Assembly (NCBI GenBank): GCA_965218095.1
Contig: OZ244587.1
Location: 768,001 to 832,000, forward strand
DNA from: Candidatus Poribacteria bacterium
GTDB taxonomy: Bacteria; Poribacteria; WGA-4E; PCPOR2b
DNA: 64,000 nt
Direction: 5' to 3'
The notes beneath the pieces were generated by a model. It was not told the origin of the DNA. It worked only from the letters and a program-made list of their open reading frames with translations, and made no database searches. The translations under genes and the position numbers were made by a program. Each line of letters begins with the position of its first letter. Within the stretch, counting starts at the first letter, position 1. This document shows, piece after piece, positions 9,256 through 20,357 of this stretch.

Positions 9256-11235
9256 TTATTGAAACGGCGCCGGAATCTTGCCCCCATACCAGGGAAAGGC
9301 ATAGCTCGGCTGATTCACAAAACGTCGCATGCCGACCTCTAGCCGAATGTGTGTCGAAGGGGGGAGTTGAACTGCGAAATACTTGGCATCGATGGAAACC
9401 ACCTTTTTCGTTTGTGAGTTCTCTCCCCTGAGCCATGCGTAGGGATTTTGCGCCAAGCCTTCTTGACTCGTCTCCTGAAACCGCACTTCAGTGAACTGAT
9501 GTTCCCCGAAAGCCCCTGCTTGCACGATCACGTTTCGGATTTCGGTTCGACTCAGGTTCACAAGCTCGATGCCCACTCGGTCAGATTCCAGTTTGTCGAC
9601 GAGCGCGGCGACGTCTTTCGGCAAGCCGGGTCGGGCGCGGTCCGGGTCGAAGTGGCGCACCGTCGCACGTAACAAGCCACCGTTGTAAACGGGCTGCGGC
9701 GAGCCCATCGTCACCTGTGTTAATCCCTTGGTCACAACAGGATTGGGGGGCCACTTGTTGTCCGCGACGATCTGCGCAACATCACGGGGATCGCGACGCA
9801 TGAATTCGAACATCGCTAGGACATATTGATACTCCGCCTGTAACCGCTTTTCGGGCCAATCGGGGTTCTGCCCGTCATAGTATTGAAAACGCGCTTCCAG
9901 ATTCCCGCTGCTCCGGTCTCCCGCAACTTCGATCGCATTCCAATCGGTCTCCCTTTCGCCTTCACGCAGCCTTGTGATCAGCTCATAATCCTTCGAGTCT
10001 ATTGAGGCGTGGTACACCCGCGCCAACCACTGAATTCCCCTCGGCTGATACCCCTCCCAGCCGTTGGGCGTGATTCGCGTCGGCACAAGGAGTTGACCGT
10101 CGTCGCGTGTCTTCGATAGGCTCAACAGAAATTCGATCTGCGAACGTATAAGATCAAGATAGCCGAAGTCACCGGTGAGCAGTAGGGCACACTCAGCGGC
10201 GATGGTAGCCGCTAAAAACGCATTACGAGCAGAATTGCGACTGTTCCAGCCGTAAAACCCTCCCCACCACTGACCGCCGCGCTGCTCGCCGACCTTTCCC
10301 GTTGGCCCAACATTGTCCGGAATAATCCCGTTGTTACCCTGTGTCCGCTCCATCCAGGCTTCCGTATATTCCAATACCCACTGCTTGTATTTCTCCTCGC
10401 CGGTGTAGAGATACGCATTGGTAATGAGGGCAGTAGCAGCCAGATTGTCAGGTATGTCACCATTGAGAACAACCTCATCGAAGATTTTTAAGATCTCCTC
10501 AGCGCGCTCCGGATTCTCGAACCAATCCTCCTCCAAATCCACTACAACCGGATAGAGGTTTGACCGTTGGGCGTGCCCCCTTGCGACGCCGCCCGGATAG
10601 TAGATCGGGTCGAGCAAAATCTTCGCCATCGCAAGGTCTGCGTGAAAGCGGGGACCGACACTCCCGTGGAAAGGGGAACGGATAATTCTATACTCGGGGT
10701 CATAGTTGGCCGCTTCAGGGTCCTCGTTCATGTACATCGCAGCAAACCGTTTGGCGCGTCGCACGTTTTCCGGATTGGTCGGGTCTGCTAAACCGAAACT
10801 GTAAAAAGACTGATTACCCTCGCCCATATGAAACCAGTCAGCGGGGCCGTTCAAGTTGTAATACTCGTTATGGAGTTGTACCCTGAACGCTGGATGCACC
10901 GGTTCGTCCCCCCAGCGCACAACACCATCATCATAAAAACGGGTAATTGCATTCCACTCTCGCAGCCCGATTTCGAGGACACTATCATCCGCGCCGATGG
11001 CGTAGAGGAGTCCCTTGTATGAGTGTGCTTCGTAGGTGTCATCCACGTCATTTACATTGTAAGGCGTTCCGTCTGGACGGGAGTACTTCTTCGCCGCCAA
11101 ATCCACCGCCTTCTCCATGAGGCTAATGAGCTGACGCTCCAGAAGCGCCCACCCGGGTGGGGGCGAGATCTGTGTCGCCTTGATGGAGGCCATTCCGTCA
11201 ATGGGGACCGTATTTGCTGAAAAACTCGCTGTCAT
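9256..11235 (-). CDS. Uncharacterised 659-aa enzyme, probable (alpha/alpha) barrel; paralog of 6918-8927
   Basis: Same conserved blocks as the paralog; GGAGG RBS; no signal peptide. Confidence 0.8.
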   Translation of the reverse strand: MTASFSANTVPIDGMASIKATQISPPPGWALLERQLISLMEKAVDLAAKKYSRPDGTPYNVNDVDDTYEAHSYKGLLYAIGADDSVLEIGLREWNAITRFYDDGVVRWGDEPVHPAFRVQLHNEYYNLNGPADWFHMGEGNQSFYSFGLADPTNPENVRRAKRFAAMYMNEDPEAANYDPEYRIIRSPFHGSVGPRFHADLAMAKILLDPIYYPGGVARGHAQRSNLYPVVVDLEEDWFENPERAEEILKIFDEVVLNGDIPDNLAATALITNAYLYTGEEKYKQWVLEYTEAWMERTQGNNGIIPDNVGPTGKVGEQRGGQWWGGFYGWNSRNSARNAFLAATIAAECALLLTGDFGYLDLIRSQIEFLLSLSKTRDDGQLLVPTRITPNGWEGYQPRGIQWLARVYHASIDSKDYELITRLREGERETDWNAIEVAGDRSSGNLEARFQYYDGQNPDWPEKRLQAEYQYVLAMFEFMRRDPRDVAQIVADNKWPPNPVVTKGLTQVTMGSPQPVYNGGLLRATVRHFDPDRARPGLPKDVAALVDKLESDRVGIELVNLSRTEIRNVIVQAGAFGEHQFTEVRFQETSQEGLAQNPYAWLRGENSQTKKVVSIDAKYFAVQLPPSTHIRLEVGMRRFVNQPSYAFPWYGGKIPAPFQ

Positions 11236-11502
11236 TGTTTAACCTCCAAACATCCCGTCGTTTGCTGTGCCGGGAGATGTCCTTGCTTTTTGGGGCATCC
11301 ACTCGTGTGTGATCACGGATGTCCCTCTTTTTATTATCTCATATTTACACCGATTTTGCAACTCCGAATGGCTGTAATCACAGAAAAAACGGATAGATAT
11401 CTTGGTCCTGATGAGATACGATCATACTGTCAAAGCTGACTGTGATACGATAACTTGCAGGGGTGTTTTTGTTGCAATTTTGCTCATCATGTGACATGAC
11501 TA

Positions 11503-11511
11503 TGATATAAT
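11503..11511 (+). promoter_or_regulatory. Extended -10 promoter element upstream of the dehydratase gene
   Basis: TGaTATAAT in the divergent intergenic region. Confidence 0.4.
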
Positions 11512-11516
11512 GTAAA

Positions 11517-11644
11517 TATACGATTTTTCAGTTGTATGGGAAAACCAGGCACATTCTGGCTCCAACCGCTCCCGTCGGATAGGCAAATCCGACGGCCGTT
11601 CTGGAGTTGCCTATCCAGAACGAGCTAAGTGAAAAACTCGTATA
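11517..11644. mobile_element. MITE-like element containing a REP-like hairpin pair
   Basis: Terminal IR tatacga-tttttca / tgaaaaactcgtata; internal hairpins ccgtcggat..atccgacgg and cgttctgga..tccagaacg. Confidence 0.6.
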
Positions 11645-11730
11645 AATACGTAACCTCTGATGCCAGATTTTTTATGTTTTAACGCAAAAACTCAAAGGGC
11701 GCCACAGCGCGCAAAGAAGGAGCAAAACTA

Positions 11731-12864
11731 ATGCAACCAACGAAGATTGAACGTATAGAAACCATCCTCTGGGACAGGTGGCTGCTGATAAAGATCCACT
11801 GCGAAGACGGCACGGTCGGGATTGGTGAGGGTGGCGTCCACGGTTGGCAGCGACCGACTAGGACGATGGTGGAGACCATGGCACCGTTCCTGATCGGCAA
11901 AGACCCATCGCACATTGAGCATCACTACCAGTGGTTGTACCGCTCGTCGCACTTCATGGGCTCGGTCATTCAGGGTGCGCTTTCAGCCATTGACATCGCG
12001 CTCTGGGACATCAAGGGCAAGCGACTTGGCGTACCGATTTACGACCTGATGGGCGGCATGACCCGACACCGGGTCCGCTGCTACATGCATGCGGATGGCA
12101 AAACCCTGGACGATCTGGCAGCGGATGCTGTGGCGAAGGCCGACCAAGGCTTCACTGCTATACGCTTCTCGCCGTTCCCACCCGACTACTACCTTCACAA
12201 ATCGTATTCAGAGTGGGCAGATGAGGCAGTTCGTCGCGTGGGCACCGTGCGCGAGGCAGTGGGCAACTCGGTTGACATTTGTGTCGAGATCCACCGGCAG
12301 ATGACCCCTGCGGAGTCGATTTGGCTCGGTCGCCAGCTAGAGCAGTTCAACCCGTTCTTCTACGAAGACCCCATGCTGCCAGATAGCCCGGCGATCATGA
12401 GTGACGTGCAGGAGCAGTGCAACATTCCGATCGCGACAGGTGAGCGGTTCACAACAATCTTTGAGTACCAGCAACTACTTGAGACGAAGGCGACCTCATA
12501 CGTTCGGCCCGACGTGTGTCTCTGCGGTGGTCTTTCGGGCTGCAAGAAGGTGGCGGCGATGGCAGAGGCACACCACATCAAGGTAATTCCCCACAACCCG
12601 TTGAGTCCAATAAGCACGGCGGCGTGCGTGCAGTTGGATGCGTCGATTCCGAACTTCGCGCTGCAAGAGTACACCGGCGAGTCAGAGCCGCCGAAGAGCA
12701 ATTTGCTTGTCGAACCACTGGAACTAAAGGACGGTTACCTGACGGCGCCAACGGGTCCAGGGCTGGGGATCGAGCTGAACGAGGCAGCGCTGTTGAGCCA
12801 CCCAGTCAAGGACAAAGCGCTGGATACCCCGATTGGCTTCGACGGATCCGTTCAGGACCGATAG
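11731..12864 (+). CDS. Galactonate dehydratase-like acid-sugar dehydratase (mandelate racemase/enolase superfamily)
   Basis: 'ALSAIDIALWDIKGKRLGVPIYDLMGG', EIH, EDP, ATGER, PHNPLSP, GPGLGIE. Confidence 0.85.
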   Translation: MQPTKIERIETILWDRWLLIKIHCEDGTVGIGEGGVHGWQRPTRTMVETMAPFLIGKDPSHIEHHYQWLYRSSHFMGSVIQGALSAIDIALWDIKGKRLGVPIYDLMGGMTRHRVRCYMHADGKTLDDLAADAVAKADQGFTAIRFSPFPPDYYLHKSYSEWADEAVRRVGTVREAVGNSVDICVEIHRQMTPAESIWLGRQLEQFNPFFYEDPMLPDSPAIMSDVQEQCNIPIATGERFTTIFEYQQLLETKATSYVRPDVCLCGGLSGCKKVAAMAEAHHIKVIPHNPLSPISTAACVQLDASIPNFALQEYTGESEPPKSNLLVEPLELKDGYLTAPTGPGLGIELNEAALLSHPVKDKALDTPIGFDGSVQDR

Positions 12865-13058
12865 ACAGGGTTGTGCCCCGAATGGGTTTGGTTCGGGGGT
12901 ACGGACCCATAGGCCAGCCCTGTGAAGATGCTAATTTATACGAGTTCTGTGGCTACACGAGCCATCGAAACATGATTGCCCTTACTCATTTTCGTCCGCT
13001 GTGGTCTCGGTTTTTTCGGGCCACGAGGGTGTTTTTGATATGTAACCGTTCAGGCATC

Positions 13059-13080
13059 GCGCAAACTGACAGTTTGCGTT
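13059..13080. repeat. REP-like palindrome
   Basis: cgcaaactg-a-cagtttgcg perfect inverted repeat. Confidence 0.55.
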
Positions 13081-13336
13081 ACAAGCGCGATTTGCTCCCT
13101 TGAGGTGAAACTCTAACCTCATAACTTTCCGCCGTGGGGGACGATATATACATTATCGTGAATCACGACGAGACGTCCTGGATTGATATCCACGGCGCGT
13201 TTTCTTTCTGCTTAGCGGAGAAGGCGATCACAGAATGGGGCATCACAGTGAATGATTGAGGTAAGCTCCCGGGGACAGGTTGTGGAAGTCCATGTGTAAA
13301 CCACAGAAGCGATGGCGCCGCTTCAAGAGGTGACTA

Positions 13337-14941
13337 TTACTGAGATTTCCAGTCATTCCCCCAGAACCCCCAGTCAAGGAGTTGTCCTCCGGAATAGACA
13401 ATGTAATCGGGCAGGAGTTGCATATTGAGATGACTTCCCCAGCATATTGCATCCGATGTGACCCCACCGTGCACCGCGACATAGCGTTCTGGATTTGAAG
13501 GGTGAGGGAATACGGCGAAAACCGCCGCCCCATCCGTCGTGTATGATTTGTCGGACAGGCAAATTGTCTTACCCTCAAAGTGAAGTGGCAGCTTGCCTTC
13601 AAATTGCGACAGGATGGCGTTAGAATCGTAGACGCCATACAGGAGCAAGTTGTTCGTTTGCAAGAGATCTTCGGTGAGTTCAACGTCAGGGATGACGGGG
13701 AGTTGGACAACGTTATCCCCCATGATGCCGCCGCGATGTACACCCCCATTTCGACTGCGATAGTATCCGACCGCGTTTTTGGCAATCCATTTGTTAAAAA
13801 ACGTCTCCTCCTCTGTCCCAACTGTGCCAGGCACCAGGATAAGCCCATCGAAAAAGAGATTGCCGATGGGGCCCGATGCCCGGTGGCGCTTCTCAGCGGA
13901 GAGATCAAAATCGTCATGCGCCCAAACACCTTCATGATTTCGTTGAAATTGTCTCCGGTGACTCAAGCTCATAAGTTCAAACTTTTGGTTATCAATTACC
14001 ACACTAACCGGTTCGTTCTTCTTAATTGGTCCAAGCGAGAAGGTGCAGATATTCTCAGTATGGACGACGAGGCGGTTTCCCTCGACGAAACGCGCATCGA
14101 CCACACCCCGCTCACCGTAGTGCGCCAGTTGATCAACCATGACCCAGTATGATCGGTTATGGCGCAGATCGCAGGTTGCCAGCGAGACGTGATCCGGAAA
14201 TCGCCGCTTCTGCTGCTTCAGCAGCCAAAGGATCACTTCTTCCCATATATCGGGGGTGCGGCACCCATGGCCCGTTTTGGGAACCTCTGTATATTTGTGC
14301 GTATAGCCCCGTTCTTCCATGAGTCGAGCCATCTGACGGGAATGCTCAACCGGAACACCGCCGCCGACGCCTCGATCCCATTCGCCGTGAATCATCCAAA
14401 CAGGAGTATAGGCGAGGTTTTCGATGAGAAATGCAGCAGATCTAGAGCGCCAGGAGGGCTCTTCCCATTCGTGTATGTGGAACGTGAGTCCCCCCGGTTT
14501 TTCCCACAGTCGATAGTCGCAATAACCACAAAACGGCGCGGCGCCTGCGAAAAGATCGGGATAGTGCGAGATCAGATACCACGTTGCAGCCCCACCCATC
14601 GAACTGCCGGTGATTGTAATGCGGTCGCGGTCAATGGCGTAGTTTGAAGCGACATGCTTGATGGCTTCTAGGACATCGATCTCGCCGTAGTTCTGATAAA
14701 CGGAACCGGAGCCCCGTCCTGTTGGTCTGAGGACGATGCACGGTTGATTGTGTTTGGCAGCAATCCTTGCGATCTGCTCAGTCAACCCAACCGCGCTGGG
14801 TAGATTCCCCAATGCGCCGGGGCTGACTTCCACAATTAACGGCTTCGGCTCGTCACTTGCAGCGGTTGGACATACGGCACAGGGGTGTAGCTTGCCATCA
14901 ACTTCGGATCGAAAATACTGAAGCTGGCCGACTGGTTTCAT
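13337..14941 (-). CDS. Alpha/beta-hydrolase (esterase / S9 peptidase-like) with C-terminal extension
   Basis: GSSMGG nucleophile elbow, 'IDRDRITITG', HGEWD, 'EVPKTGH'. Confidence 0.8.
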   Translation of the reverse strand: MKPVGQLQYFRSEVDGKLHPCAVCPTAASDEPKPLIVEVSPGALGNLPSAVGLTEQIARIAAKHNQPCIVLRPTGRGSGSVYQNYGEIDVLEAIKHVASNYAIDRDRITITGSSMGGAATWYLISHYPDLFAGAAPFCGYCDYRLWEKPGGLTFHIHEWEEPSWRSRSAAFLIENLAYTPVWMIHGEWDRGVGGGVPVEHSRQMARLMEERGYTHKYTEVPKTGHGCRTPDIWEEVILWLLKQQKRRFPDHVSLATCDLRHNRSYWVMVDQLAHYGERGVVDARFVEGNRLVVHTENICTFSLGPIKKNEPVSVVIDNQKFELMSLSHRRQFQRNHEGVWAHDDFDLSAEKRHRASGPIGNLFFDGLILVPGTVGTEEETFFNKWIAKNAVGYYRSRNGGVHRGGIMGDNVVQLPVIPDVELTEDLLQTNNLLLYGVYDSNAILSQFEGKLPLHFEGKTICLSDKSYTTDGAAVFAVFPHPSNPERYVAVHGGVTSDAICWGSHLNMQLLPDYIVYSGGQLLDWGFWGNDWKSQ

Positions 14942-14961
14942 GTGTGTTCCTTTCCCAAAGC

Positions 14962-15000
14962 AAAAAAGGGGAAACAGCAGACAAATATGCTGTTTCCCCC
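14962..15000 (-). terminator. Intrinsic terminator ending the nuo-atp superoperon
   Basis: 12-bp stem ggggaaacagca/tgctgtttcccc followed by U6 on the minus strand, 30 nt after atpC. Confidence 0.8.
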
Positions 15001-15029
15001 TTCATAAAGCTAAACATTGATTGAAAAAA

Positions 15030-15437
15030 CTACTGCTGACTCGCAATTCTTAAACGATTCGTTGCACGAGCTAACGCCGCTTCCGCTTGTTCTAGATTGA
15101 TATTTGGATCGCGCGACGCAAGGTGTTCCACTGCGCGCTGCCGAGTGAGTTCTGCACGTTCAACATCAATTTCAGACGCCCACTCAGCGGTATCTGCCAA
15201 CACGGTGACGCCGGTGCGTAATACCTCAAAAACACCCCCACTGGTTGCGACGGATTGGGGCGTGTCAGATTCACGGATGCGGATTTCGCCAATATCCAAC
15301 ACAGTCAGAAAAGGAATGTGCCCGGCGAGGATCTCAAACGAGGCCAGTTCACCAGGGGCTCTCACACTGATAACCTCGCCTTCATAAATCAACTGTTGGG
15401 GTGTTCGGATTTCGAGATGTAATCTTTTTTCAAGCAT
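15030..15437 (-). CDS. atpC: ATP synthase F1 epsilon subunit
   Basis: 'EIRTPQ', 'EILAGHIP', 'SGGVFEV', 'EIDVERAE', 'ALARATNRL'. Confidence 0.95.
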   Translation of the reverse strand: MLEKRLHLEIRTPQQLIYEGEVISVRAPGELASFEILAGHIPFLTVLDIGEIRIRESDTPQSVATSGGVFEVLRTGVTVLADTAEWASEIDVERAELTRQRAVEHLASRDPNINLEQAEAALARATNRLRIASQQ

Positions 15438-15451
15438 AGTTATTTGGTTTG

Positions 15452-16864
<1,413 letters not shown>

Positions 16865-17147
16865 TTATCTCTCTTTCCATCAATTATTTATATTGCCAAT
16901 ACCATCGGCAGGATCTGGTTTGTTCACAAGGCATAACGCCGGGACCGTAAACTATTATCTTTTCCGTATGTCTTTTCCTATTCAATAAGACTGCCCCGAA
17001 CACCCGTTGGATTATAACCGGTGATGTTATTTTTTTATGAATTCTTTGACCGTTGAATCTTATGGTAAATTTTGCATTTTATGTGAGTGGAGACACGGTT
17101 CCCTGAACCCTAGGCCCATTCAGGGAGCCGGGTGCCAGCCTCAATAA

Positions 17148-17944
17148 CTATTCGTTGACGTAATCTGAACGCAGCTCAAACATAAGTTGAGTCACGCGAC
17201 TTGCTCGGTTTGGGAGTTCAGCATTAACAGCCCGTATCTCCTCCCGTTCTAGGCTTCTTCAACGCTATCAAATTCAAACTCAATGAACCGGTGTGGAGAT
17301 ACACCATAATAGTTGTCGTAAGATGCTATCCGTTTGACCTCTTCGGGTGCTTGTAGTGAGCCTGCAACAGACGCAACCCACTCCAGATACGCGGCTTTTC
17401 CACCAAGCGGGTAGTCAACTAAGTAAACCAGTTTAGCCATCCGGGTGGAATCTTCACTTTTCGAGTAATCGGAGCGCTGGATAAATACATGTGTACTCGC
17501 CTCACTGCTGTGATCTGGAAGTGCTGCGAGAATCGCAGCGATATCGGGACGATTCAGATATGTCGCCGCATCTGCGAAACTATCAAATTCAAACTCAACG
17601 AGTCGATGCGGATTCTCACCGCGGACATTATCGTAAGATGCTACCCGTTTGAGCTCTTCGGGTGCTTGTAGTGTCGGTGCAACAGTTGCAATTCATGCAA
17701 TATAGTCAGCTTTCCCACCGACCGGATAGTTGATTAACCACACCAACTTCACCGGAACACCTTCCATATCAGAGGCATCATCCATCTCGGTATCCATGGA
17801 CATCATGTCCATCGCATCAGTCATCTCATTATCCATGGATGACATCGTGTCCATCACCATATCTCTGGCGGTGTCACAACCGACTAAAGCAACTAGTGCT
17901 ATCAGAGCAACTAGAAACATACTTCCTAATTTGAACTTCATCAA
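17148..17944 (-). pseudogene. Lipoprotein with Met-rich linker and two tandem EthD-like domains, disrupted
   Basis: Lipobox LVGC; duplicated domain 'KLV.L..YP.GGKA.Y..W.A.VA..LQAPEE.KR.ASYDN..G..PHR..EFEFDS'; in-frame TGA at 17693-17695 where repeat 2 has Trp; frameshift near 17250. Confidence 0.8.
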
Positions 17945-18034
17945 TTGGTCTCCTTTGGTGCAAAGTAGATTAACTGTTAGGGGTAAGTCTTTGACTCACA
18001 TATCTTTGGGTTTTACGGTTTCATCGTAATAAAA

Positions 18035-18508
18035 TTAAAGACTAGGACATTCCTTGTGAAAATGCACGGTCGCTGTCTCAAGGTTATGCAATGGGTATTG
18101 TTTATCGCGCAGTGGCATCATGAGGTTCCCTTGCTGAATTTTCTTATTGAGTTGTTCTAACCGAGCGGTATACGTTTCCAATGCCCGTGTGCGCTCCAGT
18201 TCAAAAGCCGATCGAATTGCATCACGTTTTAGGGGTTGTGCTCGGAGCTTGGCTTCCAAACGCGCCCGTCGTCCTTTGATATTTGCGATTAATTTTTCTG
18301 CCTTTTCATTTTCGGCTCGAATTTCCTTGTCTAGTTCAATCCAACGAGGCGCGAAGCCGTTATCCTTGAGCATCTGATTGGCCATACGGACTGCTGGAGG
18401 GATGTAAGGATTATCATCGCGCTGCTGAGGCTTCCCCTTACCGGGCAAATCTTTGAAATCGCCCCGCTCCATCGCCTCTTGAATCTGTTTGTTGACGTTG
18501 TAGGGCAT
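18035..18508 (-). CDS. DUF1992 / DnaJC28-like protein
   Basis: 'IQEAMERGDFKDLPGKGKP', 'LKDNGFAPRWIEL.KEI'. Confidence 0.9.
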   Translation of the reverse strand: MPYNVNKQIQEAMERGDFKDLPGKGKPQQRDDNPYIPPAVRMANQMLKDNGFAPRWIELDKEIRAENEKAEKLIANIKGRRARLEAKLRAQPLKRDAIRSAFELERTRALETYTARLEQLNKKIQQGNLMMPLRDKQYPLHNLETATVHFHKECPSL

Positions 18509-18592
18509 GTTTTCACCCCCAATAAAACCTTTCGGCTCATCTCACAAAGTTTGCAGGAGGTTTTTCACGAACAAAGTAATCTCAATCTTCCC

Positions 18593-20320
18593 TCATTCGG
18601 TTATCGTTTCGGCACTTTTAGGCGTAGCATAATAATAGCCCACCATGATACACATCTCGTCTTCGGACGTAAATCCGAATGTGAGTGGAACATCCCCATC
18701 GTAATTGTTATGGGTACACTCGAAGGAGAGGCCATCACCGGCGTCCAGGACCAGGGGCGGATCAAACACGGTAACAGGTGCATCGTCATAAGCGACGCTT
18801 CGGTGCAACAAGGCCCCCGTTGAGATCTGAGTGATTTCAAACAACTCACCGTGCCTGTGCATGTGAGATGTGAGCATGACGACATTCAACACTGTATTTG
18901 GATCGAAGCCTCGACGATCGAGTTCATCTTTAACGTACTCGTTCTTTTTGACGACGCGGGTTGTTCCGGGCGGAACGTTAATATTTGTGATGACAGCGAA
19001 AATCTCAACCGGCTCGTACTCAACTTCTTCGGGCAGAATCGTGTGAAGATTGACATAGACCTCACCCACCAGCGTTTCGGCACCCAATAAATTGACGAAG
19101 TGAGCGTTCAGGTCATAGATAGTATCGCCTGCAAAACGGAATGCCACCCCTTTTGGAAATGCAAACGTGGTTTTATCGCCGGTTTGCGTTCCACCAAGCC
19201 AGACGCGGTGTACACCAAAGTTTCCGAGTGCCTGTGGATTCAGGGGATTGAGTTCCCGGAAAGAATCTTGCGGGTCAACACCAATTCCGGGTGTCACCCC
19301 AACATTGAGGATACCATCTGCTATTCCCCGATCAGTTATCCGATATAGGATGAAGTGATGGCTGCCGGTTGGATAGACTATCTCGTATTTATTGACGAAT
19401 ATGTCTTCCTGCAGCGGCTGTCCATTTTCATCGGTGATTTGCGTTGCGTAGAAGACTTCCCGCTCTGTGCCAGGCTCAATGTTAAAAGGTGGCACACGGA
19501 GTTGATAGCCTTCTCCGGGCAAGGGTGCCGGGAGCGGTTCAAACGTTTCAAAGGGATCGCGTAGCACACTGAGGTCCCCGACATCTCTTAGTTTTCCTTT
19601 CTCTGGCGCACCTGCCGCAATCCACCTCCGAATTGCATCTATCCTTCCATCATGGAGTGGCCCCGCGCCCAAGGGCATGCGGGCTCCCTGTGCCGGTGCT
19701 GTCGGTCCCATCAACTTCGTCAGAAGGAAACTGTTCTCTGGATTGCCAGGATCAACGCGCTTCATACCGGCTGATGCCGCCGCGAGGTTCTGTGGCACAC
19801 GCCCTACCAAATCTTGATAAGAAAGACCGTAGGTGAGATTCAAATTGCCGGCGTTTGTAGGGGCTGTGTGGCAGAAGCTTTTGGCACAACTCTTATCAAA
19901 GATATAATCCTGAATATCATGATAGGTTGAGTTGTCATTCTCCGCAGTTTCGCCGAAACGGTTGGCAACCCGAATGAGGTCAAACACATTGATGGTTCCG
20001 TCGCGGTTGACATCAGGATTCTGCGCCGCGTTTCGATCAACGGGTTGCCCGAACGCATTAGCAACAAGCACCAAGTCTAGGATGTTCACGACACCGTCTT
20101 CGTTGACATCCTCCAACAGGGTGGAGGCATCGTCGTGCCCGAACGCAGACAAGCACAAGCACACACCGCCCATCAGCAAGAGGAGTCGTCGAATAAACCA
20201 GTTGCTTAAATATAGTGCGCATTTTAACCTCCGATTTAAAGGTTTCGCCTTGCCGGGCGGGTGATTGAAATCGCCCCGCCCCATTGCTTCTTGGATCTGT
20301 TTGTTGGTGTTGACTGGCAT
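18593..20320 (-). CDS. Secreted dockerin + cytochrome c-like + copper type II (PHM-like) monooxygenase fusion; start uncertain
   Basis: Hydrophobic leader; paired DVNEDGVVNILDL/DVNRDGTINVFDL; CAKSFCH...'RVDPGNPENSFL..K...RMP...IRRWI..GA'; Cu ligands SHHF, H, HMH, DEMC. Confidence 0.75.
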   Translation of the reverse strand: MPVNTNKQIQEAMGRGDFNHPPGKAKPLNRRLKCALYLSNWFIRRLLLLMGGVCLCLSAFGHDDASTLLEDVNEDGVVNILDLVLVANAFGQPVDRNAAQNPDVNRDGTINVFDLIRVANRFGETAENDNSTYHDIQDYIFDKSCAKSFCHTAPTNAGNLNLTYGLSYQDLVGRVPQNLAAASAGMKRVDPGNPENSFLLTKLMGPTAPAQGARMPLGAGPLHDGRIDAIRRWIAAGAPEKGKLRDVGDLSVLRDPFETFEPLPAPLPGEGYQLRVPPFNIEPGTEREVFYATQITDENGQPLQEDIFVNKYEIVYPTGSHHFILYRITDRGIADGILNVGVTPGIGVDPQDSFRELNPLNPQALGNFGVHRVWLGGTQTGDKTTFAFPKGVAFRFAGDTIYDLNAHFVNLLGAETLVGEVYVNLHTILPEEVEYEPVEIFAVITNINVPPGTTRVVKKNEYVKDELDRRGFDPNTVLNVVMLTSHMHRHGELFEITQISTGALLHRSVAYDDAPVTVFDPPLVLDAGDGLSFECTHNNYDGDVPLTFGFTSEDEMCIMVGYYYATPKSAETITE

Positions 20321-20357
20321 GTTGTCCCCTCCAATAATGCCCTCCGTGAACCGGCCG

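Noticed and set aside
2810-13056. cctgaacggttacatat (near 2810) and its reverse complement (near 13038) as ends of a 10-kb transposon
   Set aside because: No transposase lies between them and the interval includes housekeeping folD; more likely independent remnants of a dispersed small repeat.
13243-13935. 230-aa overlapping minus-strand ORF
   Set aside because: Alternate frame inside the esterase gene with no domain signal.
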